The notes: generated from the sequence alone by a model not told the origin. DNA of 64,000 nt from Stegostoma tigrinum (GCF_030684315.1 NC_081379.1:29527947-29591946); one strand, 5' to 3'. Numbered from the stretch's first letter, positions 14,100 through 26,404 are shown. Numbers and translations: made by a program.

Positions 14100-14560
14100 T
14101 CCTGCTCTACTGACTGTCAGTCAGCCAGCTCCCACACTGCTCACCCATGTGAGGTGGTACAGTTCCAACTTGGACCTTATAGTTTTAGGTGACCCAACAG
14201 TGGCAGTCTTCAGTCTTCCCTACTGCTAGACAGCAGCCTTTGTGCAGGGTTGCATGTGTAGAATGGCTTGAGGATCATCCAATGCACAAGACAGGCACAA
14301 GGGAGTGCTTGGTTGAAAACCAGTTTGTATACAATATTGCAATGTTTGGTTTGAGGTGGAATGTTTGTTTTGTGATGGCTTTTACATTTTGCATTCTGAT
14401 CCAAGTGGATGCTGTGATCCTCAGTAACAGTGGAAAGACAAGGTGGCGGGGTATTTGTAAATGAGGAACCATAATTTTTGTTGGATGAGGCAATCACAAA
14501 GAACAAGGCCAGAGAAAGTCTCTGCTGGAAAGATCTTGACTTCTTCCTCCTCCGCATCAG
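14100..14560 (-). mobile_element. Possible Harbinger transposase N-terminal relic
   Basis: Minus-strand fragments FQQRLSL and VFPLLLRITAS loosely resemble HARBI1-family YRxRLSF and LPVAVKVTAAL. Very decayed. Confidence 0.3.
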
Positions 14561-14885
14561 CTGGCCACCTTATATAGCTGGCTATGCCCTAATGGTGATG
14601 AAGTTTTGCAGCATATAACAGTCTACAGCAAATTGTGACACATGTTCTGCTGAATGCTTGAATGCTGCAACGCATAAGCACTTCAGTGATCTTCTCAATC
14701 TCATTTTATGTGGCGGCACTCCTTCGATTTTATGCGTGTTTGCCATGCGTTTATGCAATCTGTACTGAAGTCAAGAGCCACATGTTTAGTGATAATGGGA
14801 ACTGCAGATGCTGTAGAATCCAAGATAACAAAGTGTGGAGCTGGATGAACACAACAGGCCAAGCAGCATCTCAGGAGCACAAAAG

Positions 14886-14917
14886 CTGACGTTTCGGGCC
14901 TAGACCCTTCATCAGAG
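14886..14917 (-). ncRNA. Minimal type I hammerhead ribozyme motif (PLE pLTR)
   Basis: The reverse complement reads CU-CUGAUGA-A-GGGU-CUAG-GCCC-GAAA-CGUC-AG. The core boxes are intact and helix III is the palindromic ACGU. Confidence 0.75.
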
Positions 14918-15532
14918 AGGGGGATGGGGAGAGGGAGCTTGAATAAATAGGGAGAGAGGGGGAGGCAGACCGAAGATGGAGAGAAAACAAGATAGGTAGA
15001 GAGGAGAGTATAGGTGAGGAGGTAGGGAGGGGATAGCTCAGTCCAGGGAAGACGGACAGGTCAAGGAGGCGGGATGAGGTGGTAGGTAGGAAATGGAGGT
15101 GCGGCTTGAGGTGGGAGGAAGGGATGGGTGAGAGGAAGAGCAGGTTTGGGAAGCGGAGACAGGCTGGGCTGGTTTTGTGATGCAGTGGAGGAAGGGGACT
15201 GGAGGCTTGGGGTCTACATTGGGAAACCAAGCGGAGGCTTGGGGTCCGTTGTACCTGGTGTGGCTTCCTCTACATTGAGGAAACCAAGCAGAGGCTTGGG
15301 GACCGCTTTGCAGAACACCTCTGCTCGGTTCGCAACAAACAACTGCACCTCCCAGTCGCGAACCATTTTAACTCCCCCTCCCATTCCTCAGACGACATGT
15401 CCATCAAGGGCCTCCTGCAGTGCCACAATGATGCCACCCGAAGGTTGCAGGAACAGCAACTCATATTCCGCTTGGGAACCCTGCAGCCCAATGATATCAA
15501 TGTGGACTTCACAAGCTTCAAAATCTCCCCTT

Positions 15533-15640
15533 CCCCACTGCGTCCCAAAACCAGCCCAGCTCTTCCCTTCCCCCCACTGCATCACAAAACCAGCCCAGCT
15601 CGACCCCTCCCCCCACTGCATCCTCAAACCAGCCCAGCCT
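15533..15640 (+). repeat. Three imperfect ~38-bp tandem units inside the PLE 3' region
   Basis: ccccactgc(g/a)tc...aaaccagcccagc is repeated three times. Confidence 0.85.
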
Positions 15641-15884
15641 GTCTCCGCTTCCCTAACCTGTTCTTCCTCTCACCCATCCCTTCCTCCCACCTCAAGCTGC
15701 ACCTCCATTTCCTACCTACTAACCTCATCCCACCTCCTTGACCTGTCCGTCTTCCCTGGACTGACCTATCCCCTCCCTACCTCCTCACCTATACACTTCT
15801 CTCTACCCATCTTCTTTTCTCTCCATCTTCGGTCCGCCTCCCCCTCTCTCCCCATTTATTCCAGTTCCCTCTCCCCATCCCCCT

Positions 15885-15916
15885 CTCTGATGAAGGGTCT
15901 AGGCCCGAAACGTCAG
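15885..15916 (+). ncRNA. Minimal type I hammerhead ribozyme motif (PLE pLTR)
   Basis: ctctgatgaagggtctaggcccgaaacgtcag: CTGATGA at 15887-15893, GAAA at 15907-15910, GUC cleavage triplet at 15912-15914. Confidence 0.78.
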
Positions 15917-17689
15917 CTTTTGTGCTCCTGAGATGCTGCTTGGCCTGTTGTGTTCATCCAGCTCCACACTTTATTATCTTGGAAGCCACATGTTTAGTCT
16001 CTGTTTCCCGGCAAGTTTTTGCTTATTGCTCAAATGTAGCAGACACAGCAACCTTATGCAAAGTGTAGGCATCATGGCTCCTGCCAGGATAGCAGGCATT
16101 GAATCACATGCTCTGCTGTATAAGGTTGCAAGATGTTGAGGAAATGGAATATCCTTACATCTCAGAATTGACATGAGCCTGAAAAATGAAGGGCACACAC
16201 TGAATGATACCCTGTGCATGGGGTTCCTGTAATAAGTACACATGAAGCTGCATGCTACTGTGCCTTCTACAGCCTAAGCTGGAGTGAATTAAATGCATCC
16301 CTGTCTGGAACACAGGACCTCAATGACTTCCCTTATCCAACAATGGATGGCAAACTGGGAGATGTTGCAAATGTTTCAGTCCTGGTGCATTAAAGTACAT
16401 TGCCAGTGTTATGATCTCAAATGGTAAGTCATATTCCAGACAGAAAACTGGCTTGGCAGATCATATTTGGATTTATTTTGATTCTAATAGTGGCATCTCA
16501 CTAAAACATAAGCACATGATGCTGCAGATTTTGCTTTCACAATAAAATAGAAATTCATTTAACAAAAGAAATAAGGACAAAATAGAATAAATCAGACCAC
16601 CATCTTATAATAAAAATTCAAAGATTTCTCAATATGCAGTAAAAGTATAATCCCATTAATCTGAAAACACTCCTTCATAAATTGAAAGGCAAAAGTTAGC
16701 ATTTGTACAGTACTCAAAACGTATTTCCAGCACAGGACCCCAAATCACTGCCCAACAATACTCACGCTGGTGTCCCTGTATCAAAAACTTCAGTACAACT
16801 AAGTTATGTGTGACTTCAACCTTTAGACTGGAATTGTAGTTAACTTCAAACTGGAGCTATCATACTACTGAGCTTAAGTGTACTTAACTTTAAATAATCT
16901 CTTCAGGGTTTCATCCAAACACTCATGGTCTGAGACTAACTCTAAACTCTTCACTCTAATATAATCTAGCTCAGTATATACCCTTCCTTTCTTAGGAACA
17001 TTGGTCTATACAGCCATAGTCTTCCAAAGACTTCACAGGCCTGTTCAAAACTCAAGGTAAAACTGAAATCAATTATCTCTCCCCCTGTGCTATTAGTGTT
17101 TTCTCTAAGTTTAAAAGAGCCAAGTTCCAGATGTCTCGAACAAACCTTGTAAGTCCATTATTTGGCTTGCTGGGTCACTGAATGACCTAAGATAAAAAAA
17201 ATGTTAATGTGCACACTAACCCATTCACTCTAAAGACAGGCCTCAAAAATTGTTTTAAAAATAAATCATTGCAGCTACACAAATGCTTACAGTTATTTAA
17301 TTTCAAATACACAAAAAAACCCTACAGCTTACAACTGAAAAATCAAACTGAAGCTTGCAACAAATATATTTACTGTCTACATCACAGTACTCAACATGGC
17401 CACTAGTAATTGCATCTTCATCCTGCTCTGCGGCCATATTTATGGCTCTGGATGGTGAAAAATTTCAGTGAAAGTCATCTTAGTGCATCAGAGGTGTGTG
17501 ACACACTAAAATTCAGATGACAAATTGCTTCCTGAACACTGTGTGGCTATGACCTCCAGCAGAAAGCCTTTCTTTCTGTCCTGATCCTCTCTGTTCAACA
17601 GATATTCTTGATCAAAGCTACTTTGCCTCATTGTCTGTGTGCTGCTGTCATCCAAAGATAATGAACACCACAACAGAATCAGGGCTTAC

Positions 17690-17975
17690 AGTTTAAGGGT
17701 ACAGAGTAGGCCATTTAGGACTGAGATGAGGAGAAATCTTTCCACCCAAAGAGTGGTAGCCTATGGAATTCTCAGCCACAGAAGCCAGTGGCCAGAAGCC
17801 GAAAATATTGAATGATTTCAAGAAGGAGTTCTTCACCCTAAGGGTGAATTGAAGGATATGGTGTGAAAATGGGAGTAGGGTGCTGAATTGGATGATCAAT
17901 CATGATCATATTGAATGGCAGGGGAGGTGGAGGGCTGAATGCCCCACTTCTGTTTCCATTTTCTATGTTTCTGTA
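17690..17975 (+). mobile_element. CR1 3' end
   Basis: ggccatttaggactgagatgaggagaaatcttccacccaaagagtggtag...ttctatgtttct, typical of the CR1 ORF2 terminus and tail. Confidence 0.8.
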
Positions 17976-19974
17976 GGACATCTACGTCTCAGAGTGACAG
18001 GTTTGCCTGGAATCCTTTAAGTCAGCAAAAACCCCTTTCACCAATGTCAACATTCAAAAATCGGCCAACCTAAAAAAAATCCCTTCCATGGTAGTAATCA
18101 ATACAAAAATCAATAACTAAACTAAAAAATAAATCCTCCTTATGGTGTGCATGTTTCTTCTAGCTTTACATTAAGTGTGTATAAGAAGTGTTTCATACGG
18201 AAGTTGTTGAAACAGTGCTGCTGGAAAGGTCTTGCTGCTTCTGAACATTAGAGCAGTTCTGCCAGGTGATCACAAGGTGCTCGCTGCTTTGTTGAGCTCC
18301 ACAGTTACAGCGCTGGCTGATGCCACAACCTGCCTACCCTGCAGGTGTCTGGCTAATGATCTCCGTGTGCATGACACCATGTTCTCCAAAATGGCACCCA
18401 GTGCAGTCAGCACCGAAAAATGAGTACAGACCCTATGGGAACCATTTTACAGGCAAAAGGGCACTTCTAGCAGTGAGAAAGTGGCCCCTGCAGATTTTTG
18501 TGGCCAGAGCATTTGCTTCTGTAACTAAGTAATTGTGATTTAATTGGCTTAGCCTTAACCCTCATGAAGGTTGATTTGCAAGTCATACTTTCTGTCATGT
18601 GAGACTGATGACATACTGTAAATCTACCATGGAGAAAATTAATTGCTGGGCTGTGTTTTATCATCAGGAGGTGCAATTCACTGATAGATTTTGTGAATCA
18701 AATAATTTGAAAAGAAAGTGAAGTTTGAAAAGTTCAGTCAGAACAGTTGGTTTATCTTTAATGTAAATTTGAATACTTTTGTCCTCTTTGTTACCTTATC
18801 AAGGGATCATGGTGGCTTGGAAACATTTCTGAGCTTAATTTTTATGAGGAAGCTTAATTAACATCAGTAAGTAGGTTCACTTACTTAGTTATTTTCTTAT
18901 TTTATATCAGTATATTCATTCTGCTCAGTTCCCTCATACTGCATTGCTGTAACACATCCTAATTCCCCTGATATAATTAATATTCAGTACACTGGCAGAA
19001 AGTATTCAGAAAGCTAATAAAATAGTCATGTAAACATAATATTGTATTAACCTGAATCATAGTACTTTTTGACCGCATGATGTTTGAGTGGGATTCTTAT
19101 GGTGGGACCTATGCTTAAGAGAGCATTTCATGGTAGTTATTAGCAGCAGAAGAGACAATTAATGTAGTGACTGATGACAATCTGCAAAAGTCTTCTACAG
19201 CTACGAAAGCCAACAGAAGTTGCAGAACATGGCTCATTTGCCAGGGTCAGCATATTTAATGTAGATGCTTTGTGCAGCTTGTATTTCTATCCAGCTGCAC
19301 TCTGACATTGTTGCCTAACATTTTGTGCAGAAATACAAATACTTAGGCTCGCAATTGTATCTATCACCGTACATGATATTGGAATGTTATGAGAATGGTG
19401 AAATTGAATGAACTTCTGATATGTTTCGAATAATGGAGTACTTTTTAAAAGAAAAACTTGCTTCGTATAATGTGAACTAGCTTTATGTTAAATCCATACA
19501 ATAAGTGCTTGATGAAAATACTTGTAAAATACTACACCATAGTCTAAATCTAGCCCCAGCCAAGATCTTAAATTTCTAAGTTGCATCACAGGCTGGCAGG
19601 CATTAAATGGGTATCTTGGTCTCTGTATCCCTATCATAATTCCTTAAGTTTCAGTGGTGCAGTGGTAAAGATTGGTGAATTTTTTCCATCATCAACACTG
19701 TAAATTCAGGCCCTTTTCTAACATGTTACTTGGTATAATAGCCATCACCCATCACAGTCTCATGTCCCCTTGTTGCCGGTGGTAGGATTTGTCAGCCTTT
19801 AATTTTAGGTTTGGATCAAGTTGAGTCTGTGCTGCTGTTGATGGTGTGCCATCAAAGTTCATTGAGGTTTTCAGGTCCTTCTGCAGATTCCAGACTACCG
19901 ATAAAACATTGTCCATTTCTTTGGCCTCTTGTTATGTTTTGTTTTGGTACCTCTATTCTCTTTGAGTTTGCTTT

Positions 19975-20340
19975 TTATCTATTCAGGGATGTGGGGGTGC
20001 ATCACTGGTTGGGCTAGCATTTATTGCTACTGCTGGTTGCCCCTGAAATAAGTGGTGGTGAGCAGTCTTCTTCACCAGCTGCAGTCCATTTGCTGAGGGT
20101 AGACCCACACTATCATTAGGAAGGGAGTTCCAGGATTTTGACCCATAGACAGTGAAGGAACGGCGATACACTTCCAAGCCAAGATTGTGAAGAACTTGGA
20201 GGGAAATGAGCAAAAGATGCATTTCCCATGTGCTTGCTGCCTTTGTCCTTCTAGATAGAAGTTGTTGTAGTTTGGAAGGTGGTGTCTAAAGGGTCTTGGT
20301 GAATTTCCTCAGTTGATTTTGTATGGTACACACCGCCACT
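19975..20340 (-). mobile_element. 3' end of CR1/L2-group LINE
   Basis: Reverse-complement match to 13420-13765 (gggatgtggg...gctagcatttattgc...ttccaggattttgaccc). Confidence 0.8.
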
Positions 20341-20524
20341 ACTTTAGCCATATTTCTCACCCTGCCATTAACTGTACATTTCCAACAAGCAAGCTGATCT
20401 CTGCAATGTTTATTATGTGTTTTAAAGTTCTTTTCAAGCATTTTCTGGGCTACCTCTGACACCAGGCTTTCCTAATGACCCCCGACCTCCCCAGATTCCA
20501 CTTCCCTGTCTTTAAAGATGGCCA

Positions 20525-21260
20525 TCCCTGGGTGAGAATACAATGATGCACAATGTAGCTAAAGCATATTTCTTAAATGGTTAGAAGCTGGGAGGTATTG
20601 AACTTCAAAGAGACTTGAGTGTCATTGTTCATGAGTCAGTGAAAGTTAAAATGTATGTACAGCAAACAGGAAGGCAGATGGTCTGTAGGCCTTCATTACA
20701 AAATGATTTGAGTATAGGTGTGAAGATGTCAACTACAATTTTATAGAACATTGGTGAGACCACGCCTGGAGAACTGTGTGCAGTATCGGTCTCCTCAACG
20801 ACAGAAATATATACTTGCTATAGAGGGAATGCATCAAATTCATGACAAGTGTTGTTCTAAGGGGAAAGCTTAAACAGACTGGGCCTTTATTCTTTGGAAT
20901 TTAGAAGAATGAGAGGGTAACTTCATTCAAACAAACAAACGTAACTTTTTGGGGAATCTAGAACCAGCAGCACAGTACCAAACTAAAAAGTAGTCTATTT
21001 AGGAGTGTGGTGAAATTAAAATTCTTTACACAGAGGAAAGTGAATCTTCAATATTCTCTGTCCTAGAGTGTTGGGGAAACTCAATTGCTGAGTATGTCCA
21101 AGATTGAGATTGATAGATTTCTATATTTTGAAAACAAGGATACAGGGATAGTGCAGGAAAATGATGTTGAAGTAGCTCAGCCCTAGTCCCATTGACTGAT
21201 GGAGTGGTTTGAGGGCCAGAATGGTGTTCTGCTGCTCATGCTTCTTATTTTCTTTCATCT
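20525..21260 (+). mobile_element. Old CR1 3' fragment
   Basis: Translation gives YRTLVRPRLENCVQYRSP. The CR1 3' UTR is at 21170-21250. Confidence 0.8.
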
Positions 21261-22859
21261 GTTCCTCTGATGTGTCCAAATGGCCACTGCTCCTGGTGAT
21301 GCTGCCTAGCTCACCTATTGGGCTGTCAGCGCTGTGGAGCGCCAGGCCAGACAACTCTCTTAATTGGGGCCCCTGGCAGGATCCGCTTATTTGGGCACTG
21401 TACATTAAACGCAGCCCAGTCCCACTGCCTACTTCCTTGGGGTCATGTTACAATCCCCAACAATAGGATCTCTGCCACCTCTAAATAATCCTGGCCCATG
21501 TCTTATGATATTCTCAGATATAATGAAACCAAACTTCCATACATTTGTGTGGTATGAAAAATACACCATAATATGCCTGAAAATAAATTAGCTCTGCGTT
21601 ACCAACCTTTCTATCTTTGCACTGTATTTAAACACCTCGCTGTGGGAGTATTGAATTCATTTTGCACATTATGGAACTGAAGCAGCTTGAATGGCTTTTT
21701 AAAATTTCATACAGTGGAAAAGAAATCATCACTGTAAATGAAAAATTGAGGTGGAATTAGTGGTCCAGATCTAATCTCAGGTCACTAACAGGTTCCAGGA
21801 ATCAATGGAGAATAATAGGAGCAACAATCTTTAAAAGTTCTTATTCACTCAATAGTTCTGCTTCTCTTTTCATAGGAACTTATCTGTACCTTTCGCCAGT
21901 CAGAACTATTACACAGTATAATTCTTTTAATTTGAAAATCCTATCCCTTATACACTAGATGGTAGTATCATATGTAATTACTCCATCTAATTATTATTTT
22001 CCTCATCAAACTATCTTCGCTTTTGTTTTCAGCCTGCACTTGGGTCTTCCATCACAGCTTTGTAATCTAAAGGAATAAAACTTAACTCAATTTACCCAAT
22101 CTAAACACAGAACGTGAGCACAGGGCAAGGGTGGGGTGTGCAGTAAGTAACAAGCTTGAACTGCCGTCCCAGAATGAGGGCTAGGCCATTTTAACATCTC
22201 TGCTGCCCCTTTAGCTGAGAAACCAGATCAAACAGAGCCTCCAAGAATATATTTCAAAGTTTTCACATGAAACAGAGTGAAGATCTTGAATGCCTTTTTG
22301 CATTTATCAATGGTTTTACAGTGACTGTATCTTTGACTCTAGCCTGTTCAGTGTAACACTTCACAGAGGCTTTCATCGACTACTAACTTATGGATTGGTA
22401 ACCAACTGTTTATAAAGGGATAGGTTTATTTTGGTTTGAAACCACCGCATTACTTTGAAGGTTCTTTTGGTGACATTTGACTTTAAAGGTAATTTTTTAA
22501 TCTTCAAACACTTCTCATCCACTTTCTCCTGCCTTTTTCCTGCTGTTTTAGCTTCCTCAATTCTGTGCTGATGCAGCTGATATTTCCATTCAGGCCTGGA
22601 TGCCTTCTTGATGATGAATTAGACATGAAGGTAACAAGTGGAAGGACAGAAAGTGATCCAAGCTGACAATTGTTCTCAACCACTGAATCGCTGATCTATT
22701 GATTTTTTTTCTGGAGAATGTTAACAACAAACAATTCTTCAGTAACAGCTTCCAGTCACATGGATGTAAAAATAAGCCCCTTACATTGCAGAAAATAATT
22801 TAAATGATTCATGGAACTGTCTACTACATGTCCAGAGGGATAGAATATAAAGGGGCAGC

Positions 22860-23300
22860 AACAATGTGTACAGTCTACAACTTGCACTGCAGAAATTCAC
22901 CAGGTCCTCTTAGAAAACACCATCCAAACCCATGGTCATCATCACTTAGGAGGACTAGGGCAGCAGTTACGTAGGAATGCTACCACCTGCAGGTTCCACT
23001 CCAAGTAACTCACCATCCAGACTGGGAATATATCGCTGTTCCTTCAGTGTCACTGGATCAAAATCTTGAAACTGTCTCATTCTACCCAAAGCAAATGGAT
23101 TGCAGTAGCACACCCATGAATGAATAAAAAATACTAATTTAAAACTGAGATTGATAGGTTTTAGTTAGCCAAAGGTATTAAAGGATATGAGTAAAATGCA
23201 GTTGTAAGGAGTTCAGTTGCAGCTCAGCCATGATCTCAATGAGTGTGAGAGTTGGCTAGGGAGCACCCAAGTGATCTCCTCCAGTTTCTATATTCCCCAG
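22860..23300 (+). mobile_element. CR1/L2-group LINE 3' fragment followed by a CR1 3' UTR fragment
   Basis: 22860-23130 matches 13415-13770 (gcactgcagaaattcacc...catgaatgaataaaa). 23140-23300 is CR1-tail-like (gagattgatagg...tcagccatgatctc). Confidence 0.65.
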
Positions 23301-24399
23301 TTACATTAAATCTGGATATGCCATTATCTTATTCAATTATGTTGTTTTGTCTCCTCCTAATCATTGACATTGTGCAGAATAATTGCTGAAAAAAGTCTTG
23401 GACAAAAGTCGCTGTGATCCAAATGATCCAAGTATGAGGTCAACTACCATCACAGTGCATTTATACCTAATTCCACTTCTTATCAAATTGTCCTTTTTGT
23501 TATTAGTTGCTTTGTGGATTCTTGCGGGAATGTAAATAATTTATTGATTTGAACAAAGGGAGTGGACTTCAAAAAGCATAAAATTAGGAATACATGAACT
23601 TTTTCTTGGGAGATGGAAGGTCTTTAAAAAAGCATCAAATTGAGAAAGGGTTGAATAGGCTACGTTTGCATTCACTGGAGTTCAAAAGCCTGTGCGATAA
23701 CTTGATTGAAACATAATAGATCCTGAGGGGCCTTGACAGGGAAGGTGTGGGGAGCATGATCATAAGCTTATTAGAAACCAGCTAAGTGTACTTTTGGAGA
23801 TTTACATGGAAAGTTTCACTCTGCAAGGACTGACAAATTTTCTCATGCTATCCTCCCACACTTTATTAATCATGCAACATGACCTTCTGGATCCACTCGT
23901 CTTATTTTCCAACTTGTTATGGACATAAGTTCCTGCCATTTTGGGGATATCCCAGAATCCCGAGCATCAGCACCTTCTTTGAACTTCAGAATGCCCCGGT
24001 TGCATGATGGCAGCCTGGAGTTGCCCTTCATCACATCGGACAGTAACCACTAAGCAGTGCTATGCAGGCACATTGATGGCTTGGCTGACACTTCATTTCA
24101 CATTCAAATGCACATTCTTACATTTGTCGCTATTTAAGTATCTAGCCACATAGCTTATTGGTCCTTTGTTACATCTCATTTTACAATGCTATCAAAGTCA
24201 TTGTTAGTCTTTCCTCAATGCCTATTGTGGCCAAGCATCTTCTCCCAGTTGAATGTAGGACCATCACATATAAGAAAGTTTTCAAATGTTTCAAGCTACT
24301 CACTTTTATTTGGCAACAAAAGCCAACAGAAAACAAATCTTTTCAAGAAACAGATTGCTCGCTTTTTGAGCTTGAATAATTTTACAACCAATGAATGAT

Positions 24400-25450
24400 C
24401 ACTACATCCAGCTCTCATCTGCTGGACATGAGCATCAATTAAGTCCTGCCTAGCTTGTTGCAGCTGATGCTGCTGTGCTGTATCTTGGAGAAAGTAATAT
24501 TCCTTCTGCTCAATATTCTCATCCTCCTTCTTGGAATACTGTTCCTACTCCCCTGCTCTTTGGCATCCATCATGTTCCCTCTTTCTCTGCTCCAGTTGTA
24601 GAGAGTAAGTTTGCAAAGCCCTCTCCAGACTGATCCAAGCATCAGACTCTCATCTTCAGAAGGCCATTTGTCAGCCCCTTGATGGGCCTAGTTGAAGAAT
24701 GGGCAGTGTATCTATGCTGCACCTCTGTCACGTTTTGTGTTGTGAAGCCATCAGCCATGGTCAGAAAGTGGATCTTGTTGCCCAATAACCATCCTTGTAA
24801 AGGCATCTGAGCCATCGAAAACAGCAGGAACATGACAGCTCTCAAGGATCTAGGCATCATGGCAGCTGCTAGGGTACCTGATGCAAACATCTAAGAGGTG
24901 GTACTAATGATCAGAGCTTACTTGCATATTATTGGAATGGAAACCTTTCCTTTTGACGAACTCCATTGCGTTATAATGTGACCCTCCCAACGTGACAATG
25001 TGTGTACAATCTATCCCACTCTGCACCTGGGGTGGTTGGGGGTGATAGCCAGCCACGTGAGAGAATCATGCTGCCTGGGCTGCACCACTGACCCCATCAC
25101 GGGGAAACGAGATGGAATGGTATGATCCAGCTCAAATGGTATCAGTAAGAGCCTTGATACATTGTGAGTGGACAATTGAGTGAGATCCTGCACAGGTTCC
25201 CAGTGGCTGTTTGGAAGAAGCTGGTTGTATAAATGTATAAATAACTATCGCTTTGACAGCCACTGGGATAGGATGGGCACGCACTGCTCCGGATTGCAGG
25301 TCCCACTATGCACCTGGCATAGCTAAGTGACAATGCCCTGGGACACTTCAGTCTGTACTGACACTGCACCTCACTCATCTGGAGGAAATGGCATTGACTC
25401 CGGCCCTCCTGTACATCTTGTACATCCTGAGGGGATCTTCAGCTGCAACC
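24400..25450 (-). mobile_element. PIF/Harbinger (HARBI1-family) DDE transposase relic
   Basis: Minus-strand motifs in the correct order: FLQMSEVQCQYRL, HPIPVAVK, FFQTATGNLCRIS, QVQSGIDCTHI, FVKRKGFHSNNMQ, RYPSSCHDA*IL, LQGWLLGNK, GLLKMRV*CLDQSG. Multiple stops and frameshifts. Confidence 0.85.
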
Positions 25451-26404
25451 TCTTTTTTTGGAGCCTGTTCAAAATCTGCTGGAAGTTGCTGTTGCTCCTG
25501 GGCTTCCTGTCACATCTGTTCGTCTTCCATTTCTCTGTGCCTTCGCTTCATCATGTCAATGGTAACCCTTGCAGTGGCTGGATCCACTTACAATAAACCT
25601 GCATGTGAGGAGCATAAGAAACAGAACAGGTCCTGAGTGACAGCAACAGTCAGCACTCACGTCATTCGCAAGTGAGAGTTTAACAAAATATTCCGTACAG
25701 TGGGATAAGGAGCTTTCTGAAAAGGAGGGCAATGGAATGCCTTCATATGGAACTTCAAAAGTTATTCTGATGAATGCAGTGCCAGTCCACTCTCAAAGAG
25801 ATGTATGAATACTGAGTCCTTGTGCACCCAGCTCCATATCATCCAAGAAAGGCATCATTGCATACAACAGCATATAGCAGAATATGTGCAGTTCAAGGTG
25901 AGAGGAGTCAGTTCCATGCTGTTGTGTAGCCCAGGAGTTCATATACTCTCGTTCCATATTGTGGCTTTTGGCTAGCCACTTTTAAAGTTGCCTGTAATTA
26001 TTTCTGCTTCACAGTGATGATTATGGCTAGCCTGCAATCACAAGATTGTGTCCAGGATTTACACAGATGGATTTCACACACAGGGTGTGACGGCTTTACC
26101 CTGTACTCTGCAAGCATTGATCAATGCATTGCCTGTGGAAGGGGGTCCCATCACTCACAACTGGAGCCTGCATATGGGGATGGCTTAAAAAAAACATTGA
26201 CTTCACCCACTCCTAGTGTTGATGCAACCATTTTCCATTTGCAGTTCACATTTAGGAGTCAGGTGATCATGACGGGAAACGTTGGTCAAACTTGGCCACA
26301 GCGAGTCACAGACTCAGCATGATATAATCAAGTGACCACACTGAACCTTCATCTTTCTTCCTGGTATTTCCTTTGAACCTGTCGCTATTGATCCCCCACA
26401 TGTT

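Larger units (their letters stand above)
14791..15983. mobile_element. Penelope-like retroelement, truncated, with inverted pLTR and 15-bp TSD
   Basis: The GIY-YIG C-terminal half RCTWCGFLYIEETKQRLGDRFAEHLCSVR is at 15247-15333 (+). 14820-15190 is an inverted copy of ~15575-15982. The direct repeat agccacatgtttagt lies at 14776-14790 and 15984-15998. Confidence 0.92.

Noticed and set aside
15533-15640. Regularly spaced ~38-bp repeats, CRISPR-like at first glance
   Set aside because: There are no unique spacers and no cas genes, and the context is a eukaryotic retroelement.
15128-15931. 267-aa ORF, and ORF 14871-15230 with the same C-terminus
   Set aside because: These are off-frame read-throughs of low-complexity PLE 3' sequence. 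The shared C-terminus simply reflects the inverted repeat.
16407-17386. Possible solo LTR (tgttatga...catcaca)
   Set aside because: TG...CA ends are present, but there is no matching TSD and no second copy in the window.
18406-18425. REST/NRSE half-site tcagcacc
   Set aside because: The right half-site (ggacag) is missing.
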